A stretch of DNA of 63,036 bases, filler included, from Octopus bimaculoides (GCF_001194135.2; 8 parts of 6 records of this genome joined end to end with filler, not necessarily neighbours in it); one strand, 5' to 3'. Shown: positions 45,664 to 58,855, counted from the first letter of the whole stretch. A program made the numbers and translations. Notes: a model not told the origin generated them from the sequence alone.

Positions 45664-45763
45664 NNNNNNNNNNNNNNNNNNNNNNNNNNNNNNNNNNNNN
45701 NNNNNNNTTAATTAATTAANNNNNNNNNNNNNNNNNNNNNNNNNNNNNNNNNNNNNNNNNNNN

Positions 45764-46620
45764 ATATACATGTTATGGCATGATATGTCATAGGCTACAA
45801 GACTTTGGCATTGTTGGTAAAATGGGAGAGTGGCTGCATGACTTCCTTAAAAACAGAAGTCAGGTAGTTGCAGCCAATTTTCCCCTTTCTGAGGAAACTG
45901 AAATCCTAAGTGGCGTCCCCCAAGGAACAGTACTGGGGCCATTACTGTTCATAATAGCCGTCTTAGATATATTCCCATGGTCACTCGGACAGCCATTGCT
46001 ACTGCGTATGCCGATAGTACAAAATTATCACAGGTAATAAAAGAAAAAACAAAATGACGTCAAAAGCGGGAACTGAATTCATTATACAAGTCGGCCGAAA
46101 TAAACAACATGCAATTTAATGCTGGAAAATTTCAAGCACTGCACCCTCAACTGACGAATACAGTACAGTCTGCATATATGGGACCCGAAGACACTACAAT
46201 CCCAGAATCATAGACAGTGAAAGACTTAAGGATCAGTATATACAATGACATCATTTTATATGCATATTGACATGACAGCAGCAAACTGCAAACAAATGGC
46301 AGGATGGATACTGAAGTCCTTCAAGTCAAGAGACCAAGAAACTATGTTGACTCTGTGGAGAACTTTTGTTTTCAGCCGCCTGGACTATTGCTCCCAGTTA
46401 TGGACATCACAGTGCCAAACTAACATCGGAGCTTCAAGCAGTCCAATGCCACTACACTAAAAAGACCGAAACAGTGCATCGGATGAGCTACAGGGATAGG
46501 CTGGAAAAAACTGCAAATAGTCTAGGGCTCAAAGGTTCACAGATCTTCAATGCCCTGCCACAAAAGTTAAGAAATCTGCATAAGGTGGAAGTAGGTGTCT
46601 TCAAACAAGAATTTAAAATC
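45764..46620 (+). mobile_element. CR1-clade LINE reverse-transcriptase fragment, degraded
   Basis: GKMGEWLHDFLKNRSQVV...SGVPQGTVLGPLLFII, AYADSTK (YADD-like) and FVFSRLDYCSQLW. Confidence 0.9.
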
Positions 46621-48150
46621 TTGAAATTACTACTATCCCTCCAATTAGATTTCCATTTCTTGTTTGATTCACTAATCTGTTGAACAGCAGCATAGTCGAG
46701 ATGGTATGTTTTCTTCTCTTACTCTTGTTTTTTGCAAACATCTTCAAAATGTCTTTCTAAAATGAAATTCCATTATGCAGCTGAGGAGTACATTTTCATT
46801 GTACATTCTGTGGTGTTCTCACTACATGAATAAATGGAGCTTGTACGAAACGTACGTACTGCTATAACCTATTGAATTTTTGTTGCTTAACTTCAAATTT
46901 TATTCACCAAATCTCTTGATTTTGTTTTTGGTTTTTACCCTACCAAATTCTGGTGCCTCAAACATTTTAAGTACCACATTTAATCTTTTGATTACATCTA
47001 TATTATTATTATTATTATTATTATNNNNNNNNNNNNNNNNNNNNNNNNNNNNNNNNNNNNNNNNNNNNNNNNNNNNNNNNNNNNNNNNNNNNNNNNNNNN
47101 NNNNNNNNNNNNNNNNNNNNNNNNNNNNNNNNNNNNNNNNNNNNNNNNNNNNNNNNNNNNNNNNNNNNNNNNNNNNNNNNNNNNNNNNNNNNNNNNNNNN
47201 NNNNNNNNNNNNNNNNNNNNNNNNNNNNNNNNNNNNNNNNNNNNNNNNNNNNNNNNNNNNNNNNNNNNNNNNNNNNNNNNNNNNNNNNNNNNNNNNNNNN
47301 NNNNNNNNNNNNNNNNNNNNNNNNNNNNNNNNNNNNNNNNNNNNNNNNNNNNNNNNNNNNNNNNNNNNNNNNNNNNNNNNNNNNNNNNNNNNNNNNNNNN
47401 NNNNNNNNNNNNNNNNNNNNNNNNNNNNNNNNNNTATAAATATATACATATATATGTTAAATCTCTGAACGATATATATATATATATATAGTGTGTACGT
47501 TTGTTACATACGCTACACTTCCTTCTTGCTATCTTTCCTTCCTTCGCTCTTTCTTTCTTTCTATATTTCTTTCTTCCCTTCTTTCCTTCCTTCTTTCTCT
47601 CCTTTCTTTCTTTTTTCTCACGATAACCATACTTTCTCTTTCTACATTAGTAACGTCCTTATCGATAAGCTACTCTTCCTCCTCCACTCCACAAGGTTAC
47701 GATGCTGAATAATTTTCGTGCGCGAGCTTGATTGCGTGCATATGTGTATGTGTATACATGAGTATTCGTGCATGAATTTATGTCTTGCAAATAAATACCT
47801 ATATACGTATATTGTCTGTACGTATGCATCTGTGTATTCTGATGTATGTTGTAGATAGTCTAGTATGAGTATATACTGTTGTAATTATATTTTTTATTTC
47901 TAATGCAGCGTAAATTTTATTTAATTTTAATGTGTTAATTCGATTATAACTATTTACAATATGTATTTTGAACCCATTTTTCAATTTAAGGTTTTCTTCG
48001 ATTTTTAAAAAATAGGATGAATGTATATTGAATTCATTTGTTTTGTTCATTGTACACCCAAGACCGTTATTTGAAACGACCAATGAAACAGGTCCATGTG
48101 TTTTAAATTTTATATTAGCTTTGATTGCATCGTCATTTCTTTCCCATTTC

Positions 48151-48206
48151 TAACAAAACTGTCCGATGAACGGGAACGGGAAACTCCGAGTAACAGTTTT
48201 TCGTTA
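48151..48206 (+). ncRNA. Type-I hammerhead ribozyme motif (U4C variant), Penelope-pLTR-like
   Basis: Stem I AAAACTGT/ACAGTTTT (8 bp, plus 4 bp after a 2-nt bulge), core CCGATGA, short stem II CG-GGAA-CG, GAAA, palindromic stem III ACTC-C-GAGT, cleavage triplet GUA; AATAAA ~15 nt downstream. Confidence 0.7.
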
Positions 48207-48229
48207 TATTTCTGCGGCTTTCAAATAAA

Positions 48230-48268
<39 letters not shown>

Positions 48269-48639
48269 CATCCTATATCACACACCTACACACGCACATA
48301 TACAAACAAATGCATACCCATATAAATAAAGGGGACGTATGCATGGAAGTCGCAGTTACGCACAGGTCACAGTCTTACATTCATATATATACATATACAC
48401 ATACACATATATACACATGCATACACATATACATATATAATATATGCATACATATACATAAACACACACATGTACACATTCATACACTTAAAACGAAAAA
48501 AAAGAAAAATGGAAAAAATATATATATATAAATGAAAAATTAAAAAGAAGTTAAGACATATGGGACGCTTGTGCAGGAACGCAGTAAAATTGTAGATTCT
48601 AGCTGTGATGTTGGGGTGGGGTGGGGGGCAAATCCATAA

Positions 48640-50830
48640 CAAGTATTTTGTCACATGTGGACATGACCCAAAATGTTCAGTTCTTGAATTTAGACATGTA
48701 GCGCGGTCCAAAGAACTTTTCCAGATGAGCCATTTTTCCATATTACAAAGACCGCACTTTTCACTACCGTTGGTGTAAGGTTTACACTTGGTTAAGATCT
48801 TCCAGTAAATCCTACAGCTGACACCTTGTTCTTTTAGGAATCATACATAACTGGATAATTTGGTAGTTTTTCGCTTATTCCAGTGTCTGGAGCATAAAGT
48901 GTGATTGTTGAAATTCCCCTTTGTGAGACCCACATATTTCTTGGATTAAACTGTATTATTAGCGTTCGTAGAATTTACGGTGGCTTCATAAATAATGGCC
49001 TCGGTCATACAGGCTCCATTTAGCGGATACAAGTCTTTATCCCTGCAGGAATAGCCGGCTTCGTGTTGTTGTACTGCATTGTGTGTAATTATGTTTTTAA
49101 AAATTGGGGTTGGACTAAAACTAATTTTTAGGTTATGCCTATTAAAGAGTTTCCTATATTTATGATGTATTGGAAAATATCTATCTATTAGTGACAAGAA
49201 ATACTTACCAATATTAAAGGTCACCAGATAATTTTCCTTTGTCTATGTTTTCTTATCGTTATTTCTGGCCTAATAGTAGGTGTGTAAGCTATTTTCTCTT
49301 TAAATCCACTAGCTTTAAGGGCATTGTTATATAGTGGGTTAGCATTATTAAATATGTTTGTATTGGAGGAGAGGCTAGAAATTCTCCTACTAATATTCTG
49401 AACTAATTTCTTAAACACTATTGGGGGGCGGAAGGAACCTACATCGTTGGACTTTCTATAGGGTTTGTAAACCGTCAGGTTGGTATCTATTGTTATGCTA
49501 AGGTAGAATGTTTTCATAAGATGGATAATAGCCTTCTTCAACCGATCTTGCACTGGTCCATTGGTATTCTTAGCTAAAGCTAGAGCATCATCCCTATAAA
49601 TAGCGAAATATGTACCAGGAAAATCTTTTCCTAACGTGTCAAGCAGGAATAGCCCAATGAGATTGCATATGCTTGCTCCATCATATGACCCCATGCTCAC
49701 ATCAAAAGAACCCTCTGTGTCTGCTGTCTTGATCCACTCTGTTCTCGCTGAAGAGTAAGGTCTTTTAAGCATGGAGGATTATATCCTTATCTTGTTTACT
49801 AATCTCTGTAAAATCGCTTGCGAAAGTGAGGTGTTTATCTAGCAGTTTTCTAGAAATAAATGCATAGAAATCTACAATATCAAATTGTATAAATCTTGCT
49901 TTATTCTTATTTCTAATTGCTATAAACCAGTTAACAACTTCTATTCTATTGGACCATTGTACTAAATTAGTTGCCCCTCTAACTATAGCATTGTTTATTT
50001 CTTAAATTTTCCTTACTAATGATACCAATTTCTAATTTTGCAGGGTTAATTAGTCTGCATTTAGGATTATATAAGAAGTTATTTTTATGGTCCTTAATAG
50101 TTATAAAGGCTGCTTTTTTTGGAAGGATTTCTATTTAAAAAAATCATATTTAAACTAGCGACGATGTTTCTATTAATGTCGTTTCTATTAATGTCGTTAT
50201 AAACATGCGGGCGAGCTTTAGTGTAATTACTAATAACATTGTTATGCAGGAGTTGTGAGTATGTGCTGTTGTCTACAAGGTATAAGGTCTTGGTTTTATC
50301 AGAAAAAATTGCCGTTTAAAAAAAAAATTTTATATTTTTAATGTCCTTTTTCAGTTTCTGTTCAAAAGTGTTAAAGGACTTACGAAATTTGATTTTGTTT
50401 ATAAGCTTCAGTAGATCTGTTTCGAAGTCATCTAAGTCCTTGATTTTGGGATATGTGTGTATGTATGAGTACATACATACATACACATATATGTTTGTAT
50501 TTATGTGCATGTACATATACATGTTTGTGTGAGTGTATACATATGTAGATGCTATGAATGCAGGTTTATGTCTATGCATTGTGAGAATATGGTTGCGTGT
50601 ATTTTTTCTTTTTATCTTTTCTTCTTTCTTTTTTTCTTTTTTTCTTTTTTTACCTATTAAAGTAACTTCCCTTTTATTCAGCGGTTTTTCATAGCATTTG
50701 TTGCCGTTAATAGCCGACGAAAGTGCATCGTAGCTCTTCGCTCCGACATTCGACAATCCGACTACTATAATGACAACTTACTGTTTGTTCTAAATTATAA
50801 CATATATAAATAATCCTGTATTTATCTAAT
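48640..50830 (-). mobile_element. Penelope-like retroelement (RT + C-terminal GIY-YIG), degraded
   Basis: FETDLLKLINKIKFRK, FDVSMGSYDGASICNLIG, YRDDAL, YKPYRKSN, YPLNGACMTEAIIYEATV and LCNMEKWLI...LNSRTE...CPH in order on the minus strand; microsatellite inserted at ~50450-50580. Confidence 0.9.
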
Positions 50831-50906
50831 ATCGAAGTCTCATTCATTTGTTGTCACTTTTTTGAATAAGTCGTGTGGCTGCAGTCAAATGGCTGAAACA
50901 AAGATA

Positions 50907-50945
<39 letters not shown>

Positions 50946-51629
50946 CAAATGATATATAAGCATATGCATGTATACATACATATATGTACATACCTACATC
51001 TACATGTATATATAGATGCATATTGGGGCACAGGACGTTAGACAAATGAACGGGAGCATAAAAATAAAACGGACTTTGTTTACAGACAACAGAACGAACA
51101 TAGGAAAGCAAACAAGCCACTTGGAATTAATCCTTCATCAGCTGCCTCTATTCTAAAACCAGGCATTTCGAAGATAAGGCAGGACGCACTCTTAGAATAG
51201 TTTCTTCCTGAGTAGTGGATTAACCCATTAAACAGAGGAATCCAAGGTGGCAAACACAAAGCAAGACAGGAAAAATTGGACAGTGAAAACCATTAAAAAG
51301 CCGTACGTCCAAACGCGTGGGATATTGAACGCTAGTGAAATGACGAAGCTGGACGGAAAGATAGTAGCTACGTCACGCCTTTAAGCTGGCTGATCCATAC
51401 ATATATGTACATACCTACATCAATATGTATACATACATGCATATATGGGTACAGGACATCAAAAAAGAAAAACGTTAAACACAATGAGAAACGAAAACAT
51501 AAAAACGAAAACATTGAAAACGAACATTTTTTCAACAACGGAAAACACACAGAGAAACGAGGTATGCAACATAAAGAGTATCCCCCTTCGTCAGTTGTCC
51601 CTGTTTCATCTACTCCGCGTTTTGAAGGC

Positions 51630-52025
51630 ACTCTTTTACTCTTTTACTATTTTACTTCTTTCAGTCATTTGACTGCAGCTATGCTGGAGCACCACTTTTA
51701 GTCGAGCAAATCGACTCTAGGACATATTCTTTCTAAACCTCGTACTTATATCGGTCTATTATGCCGAACCGCTAGGTTATGGGGACGTAAACACACTACC
51801 ATCGGTTGTCTAGCGATGTTGGGGAGAGAGACACAAACACACGAACATATACACACGTACATACATATGTACGACGGGCTTCTTTTCAGTTTCCGTCTAC
51901 CAAATCCACTCACAAGGCTTTCGTCGGCCCGAGGCTATAGTAGAAGATACTTGCCCAAGATGTCATGCAGAGGGACTGAACCCGGAACCATGTGGTTGGT
52001 AAGCAAGCTACTTACCACTCCTGTG

Positions 52026-52030
<5 letters not shown>
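51630..52030 (-). mobile_element. SINE family A, full length
   Basis: Reverse complement of 11413-11820. Confidence 0.92.
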
Positions 52031-52070
<40 letters not shown>

Positions 52071-52611
52071 TATATATGTACACGTGTGCATATACACACA
52101 CGCACACAGAAATATACTACTGGTACATTTCTCAAAGAATATGTTTTAACTAACAATCATCAGAAAGATGTCTCCTAAGGCACGTGCCCATCATCCCCAA
52201 CCCCTTATTACGCTAATGCATCTAGTGCATGTCATCATTGGTAGAAATGGAGCAAGTCTGCAGCTCCCTCAATTTCACAATTGTGTTTATGTTTACAATG
52301 ATGACCTATTCTACAATAGAACTAGGTGTTTTAACCGACTGGGTGTAAAGTATCTTAATTTCAACATAATCAAAGATGCTAACTAGAAGCTGACTATTCA
52401 CACATGTATTCATTTCCTTAGTTACATATCGCAGGAAAAAAAAAAAGCAATTTTGACTCTGCTTAATTTCGGATATCTGACAGCGCACCAATGTTTCCAT
52501 CAACAAAGTCGAAATGTGAGTCTGAGAGTGTGTTATGTGAGTGTGAGGGGAGTTGGTTATGTACGCTCAGACGCAAGTACGTAGACAAACATATACATAC
52601 ATACATACATG

Positions 52612-52672
<61 letters not shown>

Positions 52673-52949
52673 CATAATTATGTGTTTGTATGGATTATTC
52701 TACTTACCCGCATGCATGCATGCTGACGCGGACACACGCACATACGTGCTCTCATATATTGAAAACACTGATGTTGTTCCTTCTAAACGAGATAAGACCA
52801 ACGACAGCCGCCCTCTCTTCTGGCCGTTCCAACCCAAAAGTAATTATGATTTTATCTCTAGAGAAACCGAGGTAAGTGAAGACATCTTGCGTTCTATATG
52901 TAGTATAACCTTTCCTGTTTATAGTGGTGTTGGTGATGGTCTTTTTCCT

Positions 52950-53194
52950 GGCAATGACGACGATGACGCCAGCAATGATGCTGCTGCTGCTGATGATGAT
53001 GATGATAATCATTAGATGGTGGATTGTGATCGTAGTAATGAGTTTAGTACCAGAGGTGTTGGCCATAGATATAAGGCTCACCAGCAGTAACTGTAGTAAT
53101 AGTAGTAGTAGTAGCAGCCGCAGCAGCAGCAGCAACGGTAGTAGGCAGTAGCAGTAGTAGCAGCAGAAACAGTAGGGGTAGTAGCAGCAGCAAC

Positions 53195-53238
<44 letters not shown>

Positions 53239-53240
53239 AC
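52950..53240. repeat. Compound trinucleotide tract (GAT/GCT/CAG/TAG)n
   Basis: Directly visible; followed by a (CAA/CCA)-rich tract at 53490-53700. Confidence 0.9.
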
Positions 53241-54109
53241 TTATTGTTAGTGAAGTGTTTGTTACAGCCTACTATTGGACGGTAGGCAGCTCAGTTCCCC
53301 TGCCTGGTATTTAGTCCTCCAGTAATTCTTCTATCGAAACGTAGTGGATTTAGCAACCTATACACATGAACGTACGCACAACCCAAACTAACCCGATCGA
53401 TGTAACCATTAGCCTCGGTACCCAGAAAACAGCCATCTCAAATATGGCTACACACTTCACTTAGCTACGCAACCGTTAATATCGTCAGGTACAACCACCA
53501 CCACCACCAAGACTGCATATATATACAACACAAATAACACACTACACACCATAACACTACCACAGAACCACAACTACAACCGTACAAGAGACACTACCAC
53601 TAGTGAACAACAACAAAAACAAATGCATCAAAACAACAACAAAACGACAGAAACAACAACAAAAACAATAACAAAAGCAATAACATCAACTGCAATGCTC
53701 CACTAATACTACCAGACTGTCAATTCACATGGGCATTGTCATCACTACCATCTACACAATCCACTTTCAAACGCTACAAAACCTGTCCACTCTTCCGCTT
53801 TAAATGTCCTGTTAAATCAGATAGCAAATATGACGACGCTTTAGGTCTTGCTTTATGTGTGGTATGATCAAACCTGATGTTTTAAAGAGGGTTGGGGAAA
53901 GTATGAGATTGACACCACACCCATATTTCCTATACACTCCCTACTCAGACTTAAATTGCATTCCCGACCACGTGACGTGGTACTTTGCGGTGGTCGTTAC
54001 CATATTAATTACACTTGAAATTCACACGTGATTTCTGACAGCTACTTTTTGGCTCAGAAAGTTTTGTGTATGAAGATACATACACACAGACACACACAGA
54101 GACACACAG

Positions 54110-54172
<63 letters not shown>

Positions 54173-54779
54173 NNNNNNNNNNNNNNNNNNNNNNNNNNNN
54201 NNNNNNNNNNNNNNNNTTAATTAATTAANNNNNNNNNNNNNNNNNNNNNNNNNNNNNNNNNNNNNNNNNNNNACACACACACACACACATACACATGCAT
54301 ATATATATATATATACACAATGACATGCCAGCACATATAAGACAGATAAAAACATCGCAATATTCGTTTCTCACATAGGCACACAAACTGCGGATTGGTA
54401 GAGTCGGTAGAGCGCCGAACACATTATTTTGTGCTGATATGTTCCAGATCGTTGTTCTCTGAGATCAAATCTCACCGCGGTTAAATTTGCTATTCATTCT
54501 TTCGGATTCGGCGAATAAAGTACCTGTCTAGCGTTGGAAGTTCTTCTTCTTCTTCTTCTTCTTCTTCTTCTTGTGTGCTTGAGTAATTACTGGTACCGCT
54601 TTCATTTTCATGTCACAAATTCTACTTACGTTATTTCTAAGACGCGCATGTTTTGTCAGTTTCCACATCTCCATGTCAATGATTTTGTCAAAATCTAAAG
54701 AGCAGTCGATTAGAATACAGAACGTTTTTGTTAAAACTTTTATAACTATATTTCAACCGTTGGACTCGATCGTTTAAAG

Positions 54780-54985
54780 CTAGAAGGGCATGTCCCACAC
54801 GATCGTGACCAGGACCTTATCACGTATCATGTTTGCTATATGTTCATGCCAAGGTTTATCTGTTTCTATGTTGAAGTGTTGGTATATTGCCCAGTGAACA
54901 GAGAGGCTTAATCGATCGAATGCGCGAATATAGTTTGAGTTGACAAAGACTGGGCAGACAGATACGATGTGATCGTGTTGTTGGG
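54780..54985 (-). mobile_element. R4/Dong-like LINE fragment
   Basis: DHIVSVCPVFVNSNYIRAFDR..VHWAIYQHFNIETDKPWHEH...VTIVWDMP is homologous to 8930-9130. Confidence 0.8.
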
Positions 54986-55371
54986 GGTACTTTTTGAAAA
55001 ACTTTCCATAACTGAAATAGTATTGAAGATAGCAAATTAGTTGCAGAGACGTTGCCAAAAATATAGCAAATTGAAATGACGAATGGCAATATATACAAAT
55101 ATATATATATATATANNNNNNNNNNNNNNNNNNNNNNNNNNNNNNNNNNNNNNNNNNNNNNNNNNNNNNNNNNNNNNNNNNNNNNNNNNNNNNNNNNNNN
55201 NNNNNNNNNNNNNNNNNNNNNNNNNNNNNNNNNNNNNNNNNNNNNNNNNNNNNNNNNNNNNNNNNNNNNNNNNNNNNNNNNNNNNNNNNNNNNNNNNNNN
55301 NNNNNNNNNNNNNNNNNNNNNNNNNNNNNNNNNNNNNNNNNNNNNNNNNNNNNNNNNNNNNNNNNNNNNNN

Positions 55372-55413
<42 letters not shown>

Positions 55414-55934
55414 TGCGTGCGTATTGCTGAAATTAATACGAATATCAGAGAGACATTCATTGTGTCAGACTAAATTTTAGTTGCCAATTGCACAACTAAA
55501 AATACATTTTTACGAACCGAAACACATGTGCACACATAAAGCGTAAAACATGTAATATATGTTAATATATGCCTTTCGAGCAGCACATCCACAAACACAC
55601 ACACACACAGAGGTAGGCAGATAGATGATATATTATTTTCATATATATATATATATATATATATACATACATGAACCTACTACTATAAAAGCTTAGGTGC
55701 ATATACTCTTTGGCTGTGTAATATACTATTACACAATTGTTTTTATTACAAGCGTCGAATGTGTAGTGTACGATATAAACAAGGTGATATTTTTTCGAAC
55801 GCAGCGTTGCCCTTAAAGCAGCAGAAATAATGAGTAAATTACACGTAGGTAAGTTTGTTTATATATATACTCACATGGTTGTCTAATAAGCTGTCTAGTT
55901 AGCGTCTAAAATCGGCGAATGAGTGGTCAACGGT

Positions 55935-56330
55935 TGGTTTAGCTTAATAGTAAAGCATCCAGCTGGTGTTTTGGGATACGTGGGTTCGATTCCCTTGACT
56001 GTAGGTTAACAACTTTTTTTTGCCTTGTAAGACGTGTATGTATGTATGTATGTATGTGGCAGCATATGTATGTCTGTATGCATGACTGTGTGTGTGTTTG
56101 TCTTTGTGTTTGTGTCTCTTCCGCACTCTCACTTAAGGACTGGTGTTGGTTTGTTTAATTCCTTGTAACTTTGTGATTCAGTTAAAAGACACCGATAGAA
56201 CAAATACCAAACTTTATAAAAAATAAGAAATTACGTGCCGGGTTCGATTTGTTCGTTAAAGGCTTTCAAAGATGGTGCCCCAGCATGGTCGCTGTTCAAT
56301 GACTGAAACAAGCAAAAGATAAGAGATACA
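55935..56330 (+). mobile_element. tRNA-headed SINE with family A 3' module, diverged
   Basis: TAGCTTAATAGTAAAGC (A box/D arm), GGGTTCGATTCCC (B box), (TG)n, then ...ccagcatggtcgctgttcaatgactgaaacaag. Confidence 0.75.
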
Positions 56331-56399
56331 CTCATACGAGCATGAGTTTGTCTCAACACAACAAAAGCCGTGGGTATGTCTTCCGTAACTCGAGGACGA

Positions 56400-56900
56400 T
56401 GCTAATACTAACAGGAAGTGTTATGTCACGTCGCATTCCAAACGTTAATCTTCTTTTGTAATCCACGACTGGGAGTTAGCTACAAAATATCCTGTGAACA
56501 ATGGAGACAATGAAATGCAGTCAAAGATTTCGATTAATAAATATCTGTACACGATATTACTCATGGCATTAATAGCTGCTCAAATATGCCGTATTAAGAG
56601 ACTGTTTTAAAATGCGACATGATGTTGTTAAAACATGCAATGTCATTGTTTCGGAAACATTATCCCAGTCTAAACATAGAGAATGTTTCTGTTGCTGCGT
56701 CCAGCGATGTTTCCAACAGAAAAATGGTTGGAAATTCCCTTTCAAACAGCCGAAAACACAAACAAGCTCATTTGATGTCATTGATAGAGGCAGAAAATAT
56801 GAAATATGTACAATTATGGAGGTCACATGTCATGTTGCTGGGAATGGTCCTTTGGAAGCAGTAAGGAAGAATATAGTTAAGGACAACTTCTTCGAAAGCA
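56400..56900 (+). mobile_element. Highly degraded RLE-type LINE fragment, same lineage as 10275-12350
   Basis: MRHDVVKT... and ICTIMEVTC echo RHDVVAKT and VCTIIEVSC. Confidence 0.5.
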
Positions 56901-57208
56901 ATAAATTATTGGTTGGGGTATTTAATTCAACATTAAACCTTCGTGTGTATACGTGTATGTTTGTATATATATATATATATATATATTATACATACATATG
57001 TGTATATAAATCCGTATACATATATACAGAGACGTATACTTACATGAATGCATCTACCTCCATATATATACATGTGTGTATGAGTGTATGTTTGTATGTA
57101 TGTACGTGTCTTTTTTTAGTCCAAATTGAAATGTAATCGACCTACCTGCTTTATCACTGGTCATCTGCTAAAATTTGAAACCATTTTGATCATTAATAGT
57201 AATAGCAA

Positions 57209-57660
57209 GGCGGTGAGATGGCCGAGTCGTTAGCATCATGCTCTGAGTTCAAATTTCGCCGAGGTCGATTTCGCCTTTGATCCTTTCGGGATCGATACAT
57301 TGAGTACCAGTTACGTATTGGGGTTGATCTAATCAACTGACTCCCTCCCCCAATATTTCAAGCCTTGTGCCTAGAGCACAAAAGAATATGAAAAAAGGAG
57401 ATGGCAGCGAGCCGTCAGAATTGTAAGAACGCCGGACGGAATGGTTAACGGTATTTCGTATGTCTTTATGTTCTGAGTTCAAATTCCGCGAGGTCGACTT
57501 TGTCTTTTGTCCTTTCGGGGTCGATAAATTAAACACCAGGCCTTGTGCCTAGAGGCCTTGTGCCTAGAGGCCTTGTGCCTAGAGGCCTTGTGCCTAGAGT
57601 AGAAATTTCAGGCCTTGTGCCTAGAGTAGAAATTTCAGGCCTTGTGCCTAGAGTAGAAAT
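57209..57660 (+). mobile_element. Two tandem SINE family B copies; the second ends in amplified 15/27-bp repeats
   Basis: A box TGGCCGAGTCG, B box GAGTTCAAATT; (GGCCTTGTGCCTAGA)x4 then 27-bp units. Confidence 0.9.
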
Positions 57661-57902
57661 AATCATTAATAATAATCCTACTACATCAGTTATTACTTAA
57701 AACCTTACTAGTACTGCATGAAATCTACTAATACAACCATTAGTATAATAAACTGGTTATATCTGATGAACTAGCGTACTTATATTTTTTCATATTGACC
57801 ATAATACATACATATATATGTATATTCATGACTATAAGCATACATAATATATATGAATATATGCATGTATATATCCGTATGTGTGTGAGAGTGTATGTCT
57901 AT

Positions 57903-57959
<57 letters not shown>

Positions 57960-58664
57960 NNNNNNNNNNNNNNNNNNNNNNNNNNNNNNNNNNNNNNNNN
58001 NNNNNNNNNNNNNNNNNNNNNNNNNNNNNNNNNNNNNNNNNNNNNNNNNNNNNNNNNNNNNNNNNNNNNNNNNNNNNNNNNNNNNNNNNNNNNNNNNNNN
58101 NNNNNNNNNNNNNNNNNNNNNNNNNNNNNNNNNNNNNNNNNNNNNNNNNNNNNNNNNNNNNNNNNNNNNNNNNNNNNNNNNNNNNNNNNNNNNNNNNNNN
58201 NNNNNNNNNNNNNNNNNNNNNNNNNNNNNNNNNNNNNNNNNNNNNNNNNNNNNNNNNNNNNNNNNNNNNNNNNNNNNNNNNNNNNNNNNNNNNNNNNNNN
58301 NNNNNNNNNNNNNNNNNNNNNNNNNNNNNNNNNNNNNNNNNNNNNNNNNNNNNNNNNNNNNNNNNNNNNNNNNNNNNNNNNNNNNNNNNNNNNNNNNNNN
58401 NNNNNNNNNNNNNNNNNNNNNNNNNNNNNNNNNNNNTGTATACATATGACAATATTTAATGTGGTCAGGTATTTCTATACGTATAAAAAAAGGAAAATGC
58501 ATATGATATGCATATACACATGCACGTATGTATGTATGTATGTATGTATGTATGTATGTATGTATGTGTGTGTGTGTGTGTAGTTTGTTCGATTTTTGCT
58601 TGTACTATTGATAAATGCGTGTATGGAGTGTGCGTGTGTACATACATACATATATATATATATG

Positions 58665-58710
<46 letters not shown>

Positions 58711-58810
58711 NNNNNNNNNNNNNNNNNNNNNNNNNNNNNNNNNNNNNNNNNNNNTTAATTAATTAANNNNNNNNNNNNNNNNNNNNNNNNNNNNNNNNNN
58801 NNNNNNNNNN

Positions 58811-58855
<45 letters not shown>

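Noticed and set aside
52752-53151. Signal-peptide-like poly-Leu/Ser ORFs on both strands
   Set aside because: Encoded by (CAG/TAG/GAT)n tracts.
55935-56010. tRNA gene
   Set aside because: D arm and B box are present, but acceptor and anticodon stems pair poorly and it continues into a SINE body.
57539-57660. CRISPR-like array
   Set aside because: No unique spacers, the unit is the SINE 3' end, and the context is eukaryotic.
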